This document shows, piece after piece, positions 12,630-24,200 of a stretch of 64,000 bases of DNA. A program made the translations under genes and the position numbers. Source of the stretch: Octopus bimaculoides (lineage: Eukaryota); contig NC_068992.1 in the NCBI RefSeq assembly GCF_001194135.2, forward strand, positions 64,149,033 to 64,213,032, read 5' to 3'. How positions within the stretch are numbered: the stretch's first letter is position 1; every line of letters starts with the position of its first letter. Below the pieces are notes generated by a model. The model saw only the letters and a list, made by a program, of their open reading frames with translations, was not told where the DNA came from and made no database searches.

Positions 12630-15173
12630 TTCTTTTATTTTACTTATTTTAGTCATTTGACTGCGGCCATGCTGGAGCACCGCTTTTAGTCGAACTAATC
12701 GACCCCAGGACTTATTCTTTGTAAGCCTAGTACTTATTATATCGGATTGTTTGGCCGAACCGCTAATGTTACAGGGATGTAAACATACCAACATCGATTG
12801 TCAAACGATGGTGGGGGACAAACGCAGCCACACAAATATATACATAGATATATATACAACGGGCTTCTTTCAGTTTCCGTCCACTGACAAGGCTTTGGTC
12901 GGCTCGAGGCTACAGTAGAAGACACTTGCCCAAGGTGCCACGCAGTGGGACTGAACCCAGAACCATGTAGTTGGGAAGCAAGCTTCTTAATGATGGTAGA
13001 CTATGAAGTTAAGTAATGAACCAGTCCAGAACTACCATCATTAATTTGAATCATTTGCTTGATATGTTCATGATTTCAACACCATTATGATGTACGGTTG
13101 TATTTCATCCCATGTCTTTTCAACTTGCTTTTTTTTTTGCATGTTTTCATAGGCCAACTATGAAAGTTGTATTTGAATGTTATCTATTTTTATTGTCTGC
13201 CTGCTACTACTACTAATAATAATAAGACCCTGAGGAGATGCAGTATCCCATATTTTATTATATTTTATAATATGCATGAATCAATCTGGATATTGCATCG
13301 AAATGGTCATAGGTCATTTTCATTATTATTATAATAAAGTATTTTCAATGGATCAGTTTTGAGCTCTCATTTAAATCGACACATACACACACACACACAT
13401 ACACACACACATGACGTTTTATAAACAAATAATTTCTCACCCTCAAGAAATATTTTACTCGCTATTTTCAAAATGCAATTTTAATTTATTAATTTGTAAT
13501 TCGAATGAGTTGGATATGGAAACAATTATAGGTGACAGAAAAGTAATAATATGTTAATAATTTGATGTTTATCTGTTAAAGCTCCATTTTCTTCTTATCA
13601 TTTACTATATATATACATATGAAATTTTTGTTATATTTTTCTTCTAGGTCTAAATTATTTATTTTCAAGAGGAATGTTAAGAGAAGGAAAGCTTTGAATA
13701 CTGACCAGCTTCGATATAACTCAAGCGGTCCTACTGTCTTTAACACGAGGAAAACTTGTACTTTAAATGGGAGTCAGCTTATTGTACATGTTATTAATGA
13801 AAACAGAAATTGGGGGGGGGGGGCATATCTCTGGATATATGTAATTTGGGGGGTAAAATTTCAAATTTTTAACATGTCTTAAATTATCTTGTAACGTCTC
13901 TGTCTCCTCCACAATTTTTATATAACTTTATTACGCTTAACTCATGTTTCCTAATACTTTTGTATATGTTTGTTTTATTGTAAACATAAATGGGCTTTGC
14001 TGGCGATAATAAAGGATTGTTGTTGTTGTTGTTGTTATTAAGACGGGAAGCTGACAAAACTGGAAGCATGCCGGGTAAAATGCTTAACAGCATCCCGTCC
14101 GTCTTTACGTTCTAAGTTCAAATTCCATCGAGGTCGACTTTGCCTTTCATCCTTTCGGTGCGGTCGATAAATTAAGTACCAGTCGAGCACTGGGGTCGAT
14201 GTAATCAACTAGTCTCCCTCCCCCAAAATTTCAGGTCCTGTACCTATAATAGAAAGGATTATTGTTGTTATTAAGGTGGCAAGCTAGGCAGATGCTTAGA
14301 GGCATTTCGTCCGTCTTTGCGTTCTGAGCTCAAAACCCGCCGAGGTCAACTTTGCCCTTCATCCTTTCGGAGTCGATAAAATAAGGTTCCAATCAAGTAC
14401 TAGGGCAGATGTAATTCACTTACTCGCTCCTCTTAAAATTGTTGGGTACAAGGACAACAAGAATGAAAAATATGACAGAACAATTTCTCCGTTTGTCACC
14501 TTCTAAGTCGAGTAGCTGCATCATCGGCAGCGCCATTAATTAGTACACCACAGTCACCGACTTCGCCGCCGCCACCACCACCACCATGACTTCAACCCCT
14601 CCCCCAGCAACACCCTAACTGCCACAATTACAACTAAATATAGCTTATCTGCCTCAAACAGTTCGGTAGATGACGAACTGTAGAGCCTGTAATATTGTGC
14701 TTTTCTGTTCATACTGGTTGAAGTGTTAAATAATGTTAACGGCTCGACTGTAAATCACTGCTGCAGAAACATGATAATTAGTGTTGTGTTGAGACCCGCT
14801 GAAAATGCCTGAGGCGTATATGGAGTTCAAAACCTTTTACTTCTCGTGACAATAATTTCAGAACAATAGATGAGAACTTGACTTTTGTAATGTTAGAAAA
14901 AGAAAACTTTTCTGTTGGCTTTCACTTTTCAATTCCCTCAATTTTTTCTCCAATCGATTTCAAGTTAGGTGTATTGATGTAGTTTTGTATGCTAATTATG
15001 GAAATGAAATTCATTTTTGCCTTAAATAATAAATAAAAAGTTAATAGCTTTTAAAGTTTGCAAATTTTGGGCAATTTTAGCCAATCGAATGTCATAGACA
15101 CATAGGTGCTTGTTTTCATAATAATAATAATAATAATAAAAGGGCATGAGCTAACTGTATCGACCCTCTAAAG

Positions 15174-15572
15174 CAGTGGTTCTCAACCAGAGTCTGTGTG
15201 ATCATTAGGGGTCCATATGATTTTGCTGTTAAAATTTATTTGCAACGAATTGATTTTACTTCAATAATACACAAAATATTTTAACAATTTTAAAAATACA
15301 ATTCACAATACATTATTTACATTTGACGGATATTTGTCCTCATCTTGTTTGTTGTTAACAACAAACAAGATGAGGACAAATATCCGTCAAATGTAAATAA
15401 TGTAAATAATTCCTTGTCTCTTAAATATAGAACTGTATTACAATTCCCAATAATCATAAAAATATGATAGGAGGTTTTAGACATGGAATGGCTACGAGGC
15501 TTCCCCACCCACGATCCCAAGTAAAATAGGAACGAAAGGGGTCCATAGGCCAAAAATGGTTGAGAACCGCTG
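15174..15572. mobile_element. hAT-type MITE
   Basis: TIRs cagtggttctcaacc / ggttgagaaccgctg; 8-bp TSD ctctaaag / ctgtaaag (7 of 8 match). Confidence 0.85.
15309..15404. repeat. 96-bp perfect palindrome (no spacer)
   Basis: Mirror symmetry centred on gtt|aac at 15356/15357. Confidence 0.95.
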
Positions 15573-15899
15573 CTGTAAAGCCAGAGTCCCCAACTACCGG
15601 GTGGCAGACGAGTACCGGGACGTGAATAATTTGTTACCCTTAACAAGAATGAATTTTAAGATGTTATTCAGTACATTTTAGTCTGCTGGGTGGGTTTTGC
15701 ATGTAACCAGTCCGACCTGCTGGGTGGGTTTTGGAAATGTTTACTAATTCCTTTCCGCAAGGAGAAAAGACTAAAGAAGAGGGAAATGGAAGATTTTCTG
15801 CCAGAAATAGATATAAAGTAGTTGATAGCAGCCATAATGTGAGGCAGAGGACATGAGAAGAGCATCTGAGACGAAGAATTAAACATAGCTGTCAGTTGT

Positions 15900-16840
15900 A
15901 GCGATGGACGAGAGAAAACCGACTTGCCATATACACCTAAGAGCTTTTTGCCCCAAAGCTTTCCTCAAAATGTCCCGATGTCTACCATTAGTGTGCGATT
16001 GGAACTGTACATTAGATGCACGGCGGGACTGTGTGGTGCTAACGCATAGGAAAAGCAGATGTAAAAGCTTTCAGAGACTGGATCGCGCCTGTTTGATGGT
16101 CAAAGTCAACGGCCACCTCTTGGAACCGTTTTATACTGCAGCTTGATCTAACATGACTGTAATCTCTTGCATTTCTGTACATGCTGACTCCGTTTTTTCT
16201 TCCCATTTTTTTTTTTTTTTGCACGTCGTGTCCTTGACTGAGTCACAGTCCTACATGAAACCAAGACCGAGAATAGTGACGGGTTTTAGAGTGTCGTCAG
16301 GTGTTCATACCTTGCAACACATTGGAAAACAGGATCGACGGATGTTCCACTGTAGCAATTGATAGAGGAATAGTAACGGAAATGAGAGACAATATTCTCA
16401 GGGAAAATCTTGATATCAACAAAGACAAATAGGCGAATCTGTTCTGGAGGACTTTCGAATTGGAGACTTCTATGAATAACTTCCAGAATTTCTTGGCCTG
16501 GTATTGCTACCGAGGGGCTTCACTGGTTCGTCATAAACGATAAACGCACAGAAGTGCTATCAGACGAGCCTTTCCGAGATGTTCACAGAGCGACAAAACT
16601 GTTCTATTCGCACTCGTTCAGTGTTTGGGCACTGCGGACTTGTGGAGCTATGACGAACAGCTGTCGTCGCATGTGGGGCTGATCCGACTATCAACCGAGT
16701 TCATGAGGTTGATTACTCCACTGCCCTCCTGTAATTGAAGAAGGAAGGCAGTGTTGTGTGATGGACGGTTGAAAGGTCTGAGGATAGAGACTTCCCTCAT
16801 GGTGGAAAGATTCTTCGTCATCCACCTTCAAAAGTTTCAT
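15900..16840 (+). mobile_element. Degenerate L1/Tx1-like LINE fragments
   Basis: GC-richer island. VCDWNCTLDARRD resembles the APE motif GDFNCTLD; many stops and frameshifts. Confidence 0.45.
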
Positions 16841-18898
16841 TTGAATCGTTAGCACGCAGGGCAAGATGCTTAGCGGTATTTCATCACTCTATTTGTTCTG
16901 AGCTCAAATTCCACCGAGGTCGGCTTTGTCTTTCATCCTTTCGGGATCGATAAAATAAGTACCACTTGTACCCTGGGGTCGATGTAAACGACTTACACTC
17001 ACCTCCGGAATTGTTGGCCTTGTGTCAAAATTTGAAATCAGTGTGAAGATTAATATTTCTTATAAGCTCACGGTCGGTCGTGACTGGCCATGCACCTACA
17101 CAAGTATGGAGAGGCTAGGATAAGATGATTTTGAGACAGACTGGCAGTTGTCTATACATTCGAGTTTCCCCTTTCTGCATCACTGATGATTATCAAAGGG
17201 AATAGTCGATGCTTTAGGGTTGATACAGCTTGACATCAGTGTCGTAACAGTATTAGAATGCAAAGGACCAGAACAAGCACTGTAAGGCATCTCACCCCGC
17301 CCTCTAACAGTTCCACTAATCCCGTGCCCCGGGTTGGTACCCCTGAAAGAATAAATGACCAAATTGACCTCTGCGGGATTTGAACTCATATAATGAAGAT
17401 TCAAAACAAACCTACAAAGCATCTCACTCGATCCTCTAACAGTTCCACCAACTCAAGTCATGGGTTGGCCCTTTATTTTTATCAACCCTTAAAAGACAAA
17501 AAGTGAAGGTGAATTCAGCAGGATTCGAAACCAGATTACAGGAAGTTGTAATAAATATTCTTTTCTACTCTAGGTACAAGGCCCGAAATTTGGGAGGGGG
17601 CAGTCGATTAGATCTACCCCAGTACGCAACTGGTACTTAATTTATCGACCCTGAAAGGATGAAAGGCAAAGTCGACGTCGGTGGAATTTGAACTGAGAAC
17701 GTAAAGACAGACGAAATACCACTAAGAATTTCGCCCGGTGTGCTAATAATTCTGCCAGCTCACCACCCTAGTTGGAATAAATATTGTGAGGTATTCTATC
17801 CAACATTCTATTGGCTCTGCCAATTTACTGATTTTAAAGCAAGGATTAGAAGCTTTATAGAAGCTGGGAATTGCAGGATACCTATGAAAAAAAAAACCAG
17901 TTTTAGATATCCTGGACTTAATCATAGGAGACAGCCTAGTGTTGTCGAAACATGCCTCCGCCATTTGTAATGAAGTTGAACTGAAGCTAGGAGCACGACG
18001 AAAAGTTGCAGATAAACTCTTTAATGAAGGACAAGCCATCGTTTACAAAGTACAAATTCGAAGCACTCTGAAACCTGTCTGTACTGGTTGAATGCTTCGC
18101 GGAGTTTACTCAACAAACCAACCGAAGTCCTTAGGACGATTGCAGTCAACAGAGTTGAAGGAGTGGAATAAAAAAGATTCGCTTTCAACAGCTTACAATA
18201 TGACAGGAGTTTGCTAGCTACGTGCTAAAGCCTCCTCTGTTTCAACATGTGAGAGAGTGAGTGTGAGTGTGAGTGTTTTACCGTGTACGTATATATATGT
18301 ATGTATGTATATGTTGAGGCGGACACCCCCAGGCGAGAAGTGGACTGGTCCACTACTAATAAATAGTGGACTGACACAGTCAGTAGGTCGGCAAAGGTAC
18401 GCCGTTCGGACCAGTCCCGTAGAGACGACAAAATACATCGTCATCATGGGACATATCAGTGAAGATATATGTATGTAAGTGTAGCTATGCATAAAACAGT
18501 CAAACATTAATTGAAAGATCACTCAATACAACTAAGTAGAGTATCACGTTTATTTCTACTAGGAAAAGATTGACAGTAACTTTCACCGGTCACCGCTTTG
18601 TCAGATTGTAATATTTTTATCTTTCAAGTCTTTTATATATATCATTTTGTGGGTGTGGCTTAGTGGTAGCAGTGTATTTGTATATTTGTGGTTAAAAAAA
18701 GAGATGCATTTTTTATTTCCTGGATTTGTTGTGTGTCATGTTTTTGAGAAGACTAATCCATCATCTCTATTAAGTCCTCTTGAAACAAATAAAGATCTGG
18801 TAAGTAGTGCTGATAATATGTATAGGTCAACGATATCACTGACTCTGCGAAATCCTTTGATCTCATGCATCAAGTGTTTTGGTAGATATATGCGTGTG

Positions 18899-18929
<31 letters not shown>

Positions 18930-18993
18930 CGATTGTATGTATGTATGCTTGTATGTATGTACATGTAATTTATTAAAACGGTGGTAAAATACT

Positions 18994-19344
18994 TTAAAAG
19001 TATGCACAAAGAATCAATAGAGCCGCCGTCGTTAGAATAAATGTTATAATATGAGCGAACATAAATGTCCTGTCCAGGAACAGAGCAAAGAGCTTCCATT
19101 TGTTTCCAACGGTACTTTCCTTGTAACCGTCGTGTGTAGTGAGATATTGTAGAAATAATTCCAGGGTTTCAATCAGGCCGTCGTGTTCTTTCGTGTTTGG
19201 TTTGTCGTTTTTCTCAATGTTTGATATTCCGTCGTCGTTGTAGTCATCACAGCATTCGCCATCACTGACGAATGAGCTATTGTGGTAAGCTAAACCTTCG
19301 ATTCCTTTACGTCTGTGACAGGAACTTTCTTTCTTGGGGTTAAA
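18994..19344 (-). CDS. Receptor exon 7 (cytoplasmic loop, M4, stop)
   Basis: Acceptor tttttctcaag; [36 protein letters not shown]-stop is a typical MA-M4 end. Confidence 0.88.
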   Translation of the reverse strand, partial: FNPKKESSCHRRKGIEGLAYHNSSFVSDGECCDDYNDDGISNIEKNDKPNTKEHDGLIETLELFLQYLTTHDGYKESTVGNKWKLFALFLDRTFMFAHIITFILTTAALLILCAYF

Positions 19345-19926
19345 CTTGAGAAAAAGAAATAAAAATATAGATGAATAGAAGTGAATCAAAATTTATTCAA
19401 TTTCAATGAAATTTATGTAAGAAAAACTTTTATTTTGAATTAATAATATTTTCGTTTTCACTGAGAGGTATATTAAGTAATGGTCTCCTTTGTATTCTAG
19501 CCAATCACCCAGATCAACCTAATCCTTGTCAGTTAAATTGGGTGGACGGAAACTTATGTAAAAGCCGGTTAGATGGAGTGGAAATGAGATAGCGGTGACA
19601 TTGATTCTATGGTGAAGTTCCAGAGGAGTGAGATGTGATCATTTTCAATCACTGGAGGTGGTTTGTGTTCCCACTAGTTTTTATGATGGGGCAGGTCCAG
19701 GTTTTTACAAATTACCCACTGAATATACTGTGCTGCTCTATCATGCCTGTTGCTCTATCATACCCTGTAAGCACAAGAAGACTGCACATGGAGACAACGT
19801 GATCAATGGCTTCATTTTGTTGTTTACATACATGACATGTTGTGCTACTGCCGTTCTTTAATATGAGAAGTATTAATGCTAGACAAAAGAGGAGTGGTGA
19901 TAGAGAGTCACCCTGGAAAAAAAAAA

Positions 19927-19968
<42 letters not shown>

Positions 19969-19984
19969 TAATATTATTATTACT

Positions 19985-20040
<56 letters not shown>

Positions 20041-21200
20041 TATTATTATTATTATTATTATTAAGGCGGCGAGCTGGCAGAAACGTTAGCACGCTTGGAG
20101 AAATGCTTAGCGGTATTTCGTCTGCCGTTATGTTCTGAGTTCAAATTCCGCCGAGGTCGGCTTTGTCTTTCATCCTTTCGGGTTTGATAAATTAAATACC
20201 AGTTACGCACTGGGGTCGATGTAATCGACTTAATCCCTTTGTCTGTCCTTGTTTGTCCCCTCTATGTTTAGCCCCTTGTGGGCAATAAAGAAATAAAATC
20301 GTTAGCATGCTGGACGAAATGCTTAACGGTATTTTGCCCGTCGATCCGCTACTGGACAAGAATTCTGGATTATTTGTTATATTTACTTTACACGATTACG
20401 ATCTTACGTTCACTTTCAACTCTTTCTCAGTTATCTCCCTTTAGGCTGTTTTCAATATTTTTATTTCCGCTTCTCTATTATTAATTTTACTCACCTCTCT
20501 ATCTTAGAAGAAACTGATGGATAAAGAAATCAAACTACATAAACAAACAACAGTAAAACCGTTCAGAAATTAAATACCACTAACATATTTTTATAATATA
20601 TATTATACCTACATATTAACGCTTTACAGTATACTTACATATATACCTATATCTATACATCGATCTAAAACAACAGGAATACTAAAGGAAGTTCGGAATT
20701 TAAGAGAAGAGAAAACCCATAAGATCTTATGCTATTCATTTAAAAATTCCTGAGTAGACCTTATTATTATTACATCCACCTTTAAAACTATTTTGAATGG
20801 TGAATTTGTTAACTTTGGCTTGTATTAGATAAGTATGAACTATTTGTTACTGTTATTAAATTTCCTACAGCCACCTTCACATTTCATGACTACCATTGGG
20901 ATCGATCAGGTACCGGACAAGGATTCTGGAATATTTTTACAGTTTTTTTTACTTAATTTTTTTTGAGTGGTCGGGTTCACTTTTAGTATTCTCGTATGTG
21001 AGAGCAGTCGAGTTTATTTCAGATATTCTCATTTTAAAAATCATCTCTGGCTAATCGTTGAGAGGATGTTGGTGTTGCTTTGGCAGAGGTTGGCGCTCTC
21101 TGAGTGCTCTTGTTATTATCATTTTAGCCCGGTTACAGCTATATTTCTTCTGAGGTTACATCTCTTATGGATTTGCTGTGTTAAAATCACAATAAATTTC

Positions 21201-21238
<38 letters not shown>

Positions 21239-24200
21239 CAGCGGTTGGCAGTGAGAGCGCCAAATGCATTTAGACCTTTTAGGGCTTTTCTAATGGTGCT
21301 TACTCACAGTCTCGTCGCTCCTGATAAATGAAAAAGTGACTAAATCATTTACTGATGTTGCAAATAACAATCCGGCTTATTAATAATGCAGTATACGCAA
21401 TTGAAGCAGTATTTAATTAAAATAGCCGTCTATGTATCATACTTAATGTATACACGCTGTTCTTAGACCAGTTATTGCAATATTTGTCCTGAGCTAACAT
21501 CTTCGATGGACTTACTGTTTTAAAAACGCAATAAATGTTTGAGAAATTCGTACTTGCAACGGTCAGTGATTGTGCCAGATGCATTTCAACCTTTTAAGCC
21601 TTTCCAATGGTGCGCACTGGCAGCCAGCCACTTGCTTGGGGGAGAATTTAGTGTCTCTGGTACATAGACGGCTATTTCAATAAAATATTGCCTCAGTTGC
21701 GTATACCGGATTTTTATTCAGCCGGACGGCTTTTCGCAACATTGCTGACGGTCAAAAAGGCCAAAATGTATGTGACACTCTCGCTGGACATTACTGGGAC
21801 AAATTTCCACCTCCCTCTGATATTTATTGTGTCTTTAACACAGCAAGTCCATAAAAGATGTGTTCTCTATACAAATACTGCAATATCTGTCCTATTGACA
21901 AGAGAAAGAGAAAAACATACAACACCGAATTTAAGACGTGTTTTATATGTACTGTGCGTGTATATGCGTGCACGCGCGCATATCTATATGTAAAATAAAG
22001 TTCTAATTCATTCAGGTGTAAGAACTGATGTATCAATTTTGTTGTGTGTGTGTGTGTATGTGTGCGCGTGTGTATTTGCACACATACACACACGCACGCA
22101 CACATATGTCAGACGATCAGCAATTTTCTCGACGCTAAATTATTTACTTTAATGTTATAATTCCTAAACCAAAGGAACTGGAAATTACCTGGCTCACCCT
22201 TGATGAATGGGTCCTTGTAATTTCGGCCAAAGTTTCAGGTGTATTCTTCGTAACTGTTTTTGGACCAATCATGTTTCCAAGCCAGCTTTGTTGTAATTTC
22301 TCCATCCAAGCAGGGAAAGTCGTTCCCATGCTACTTTTATAATGAATATTGACCGTTATTACAGCCATCACACACGATAGGGAGACCAACATCATACAAC
22401 TGGCGAAATAGATACCTAGAACAAAGATAAGTAAACAATTGTTATAAAAAGACAACTCGTTTGAAAGGACTCTAATACAACAGAATAGAAAGGAATACAG
22501 CAGAATATGATAGAAGCTATTATAAAATAGACTAGAATATGACATAAAGATAGAATGGTCTATAATAGTGGAGAAGAATACAAATACTACAGAATAAAAT
22601 AATATGAACCAATAACTGATTTCCAAAGGTGGACACCGTTAATCGAAAAGTCAACTTCGTTAGCTGTTGGCTGTTAGTCTGTTAACCAAAAAGTTAACTT
22701 CCATCACTGTTAATCAGTTAATTCTTTAAAAATGTAACGGAAGTTATTGATAAACCGTTAACGTTAATTTTTATTACAGAAAAAAAAATCAGTTTTGCTC
22801 TAAACCACCTAAAAACACCTTTAAAAAGTGCCAAAGCTATAAATTCCATTAACTTCAATTGCTGATTTCTATGTAGTTGTTCATTATTTTAGAATTAGCT
22901 GCCCAACATTTCTCAAAGAGCTTCATGCTGACTTAAATAAAGAAGGAAATATAGCGACCTCATAAAGAGGACAGTTTCGTTACATGATAGTTACACAGTT
23001 TATCACGTATTTTCTTTTAGCCTACCAAGTATTGTTCTTTTTTTTTTTGCTTAGTATGGCAGAATAGCAAAACCAATTAGCATCATAATCAAGTGTGTTA
23101 TTTTCTAACCTGGGCACCAAACCGTTAATCCGTTAAGCGTTAATTAACGAAGTTGACATTTTCGTTAACGATTTAACTCTTTAGTTAACTTTGGAAGTCA
23201 TTATCGGACTAATTAACTTCCGTTTCATTTAACTTCTGTTAACTCAAGTCAACTTGAGTTAATTTCCGTTAACTTCAATTGAATTGTTAATGAATTTTTG
23301 TAGTTTTGGCACATTTTAAAGGTGTTTTTTTTTGGTGGTTTTAGAACAGAAACTGATGTTTTGTTTTTTTCTATAATAGAAATTACTGTTAACGGTTTAT
23401 CGATAACTTCCGTTACATTTTTAACGAATTAACTGATTAACGGTTATCGAAGTTAACTTTTTGTTAACAGTTTAATGTTTAACAAAGTTAACTTTTCGAT
23501 TAACGGTGCCCACCTTAGGTTATTTAAACCAATTATAAAGTTTACTCAATCAAAAATTTTAGCCAATTAGAGACTTAGAATGTGAGCCATGTTCTAGCGA
23601 TTCAAGACAACATTGCTTTATTTTCTTTTTGTTGTCACCGACAGCTTATAGGCATGATGTCACGTTTTACCTTGCTCACTACACTTAGCTCTTGCACCTA
23701 GTTAGATTCGTCCCTGACTTGGTCTACACAGAATGACTTCCACCATTTTAAAATCACGCACGTTATGAAATTATTTTCTTAACCTTTGGTAAAGTATCTG
23801 CTTGATTACATTAGATGTTACAATACATTATTCCATTCATTTTGTAAAAGAAAAAACATACGTATGTACATATTCATGACAAAGTTATCCAACATATATT
23901 ACAAGAATTTGTAATATATGAAAATACATGTATACAGTTTTCGATAACGTTTACTACAACGCGTTATTCAGTTCACCGCCTTAGAACATTTGAAATATTG
24001 AAAAGAAAATGAGAATGAATAGTGCAGCAGCTGGATGCTATCATTCAGTGTTACTCAACCATGAAGGGGGTCGTGCACCACCCGTTTTCATCAAATACAA
24101 GCTCAAACTGGTAAAGTCACGATTCTCTACTAAATTTGTTAACTAAATCTGTTGCTTAAATCGTTTTATTCGATACCAAAGACAATGGTGGTCTTCTCAA

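Noticed and set aside
13440-13620. Dispersed AT-rich repeat also present at ~33300-33460
   Set aside because: A real duplicate, but with no TIR, TSD or coding signal to classify; probably an ordinary transposon fragment.
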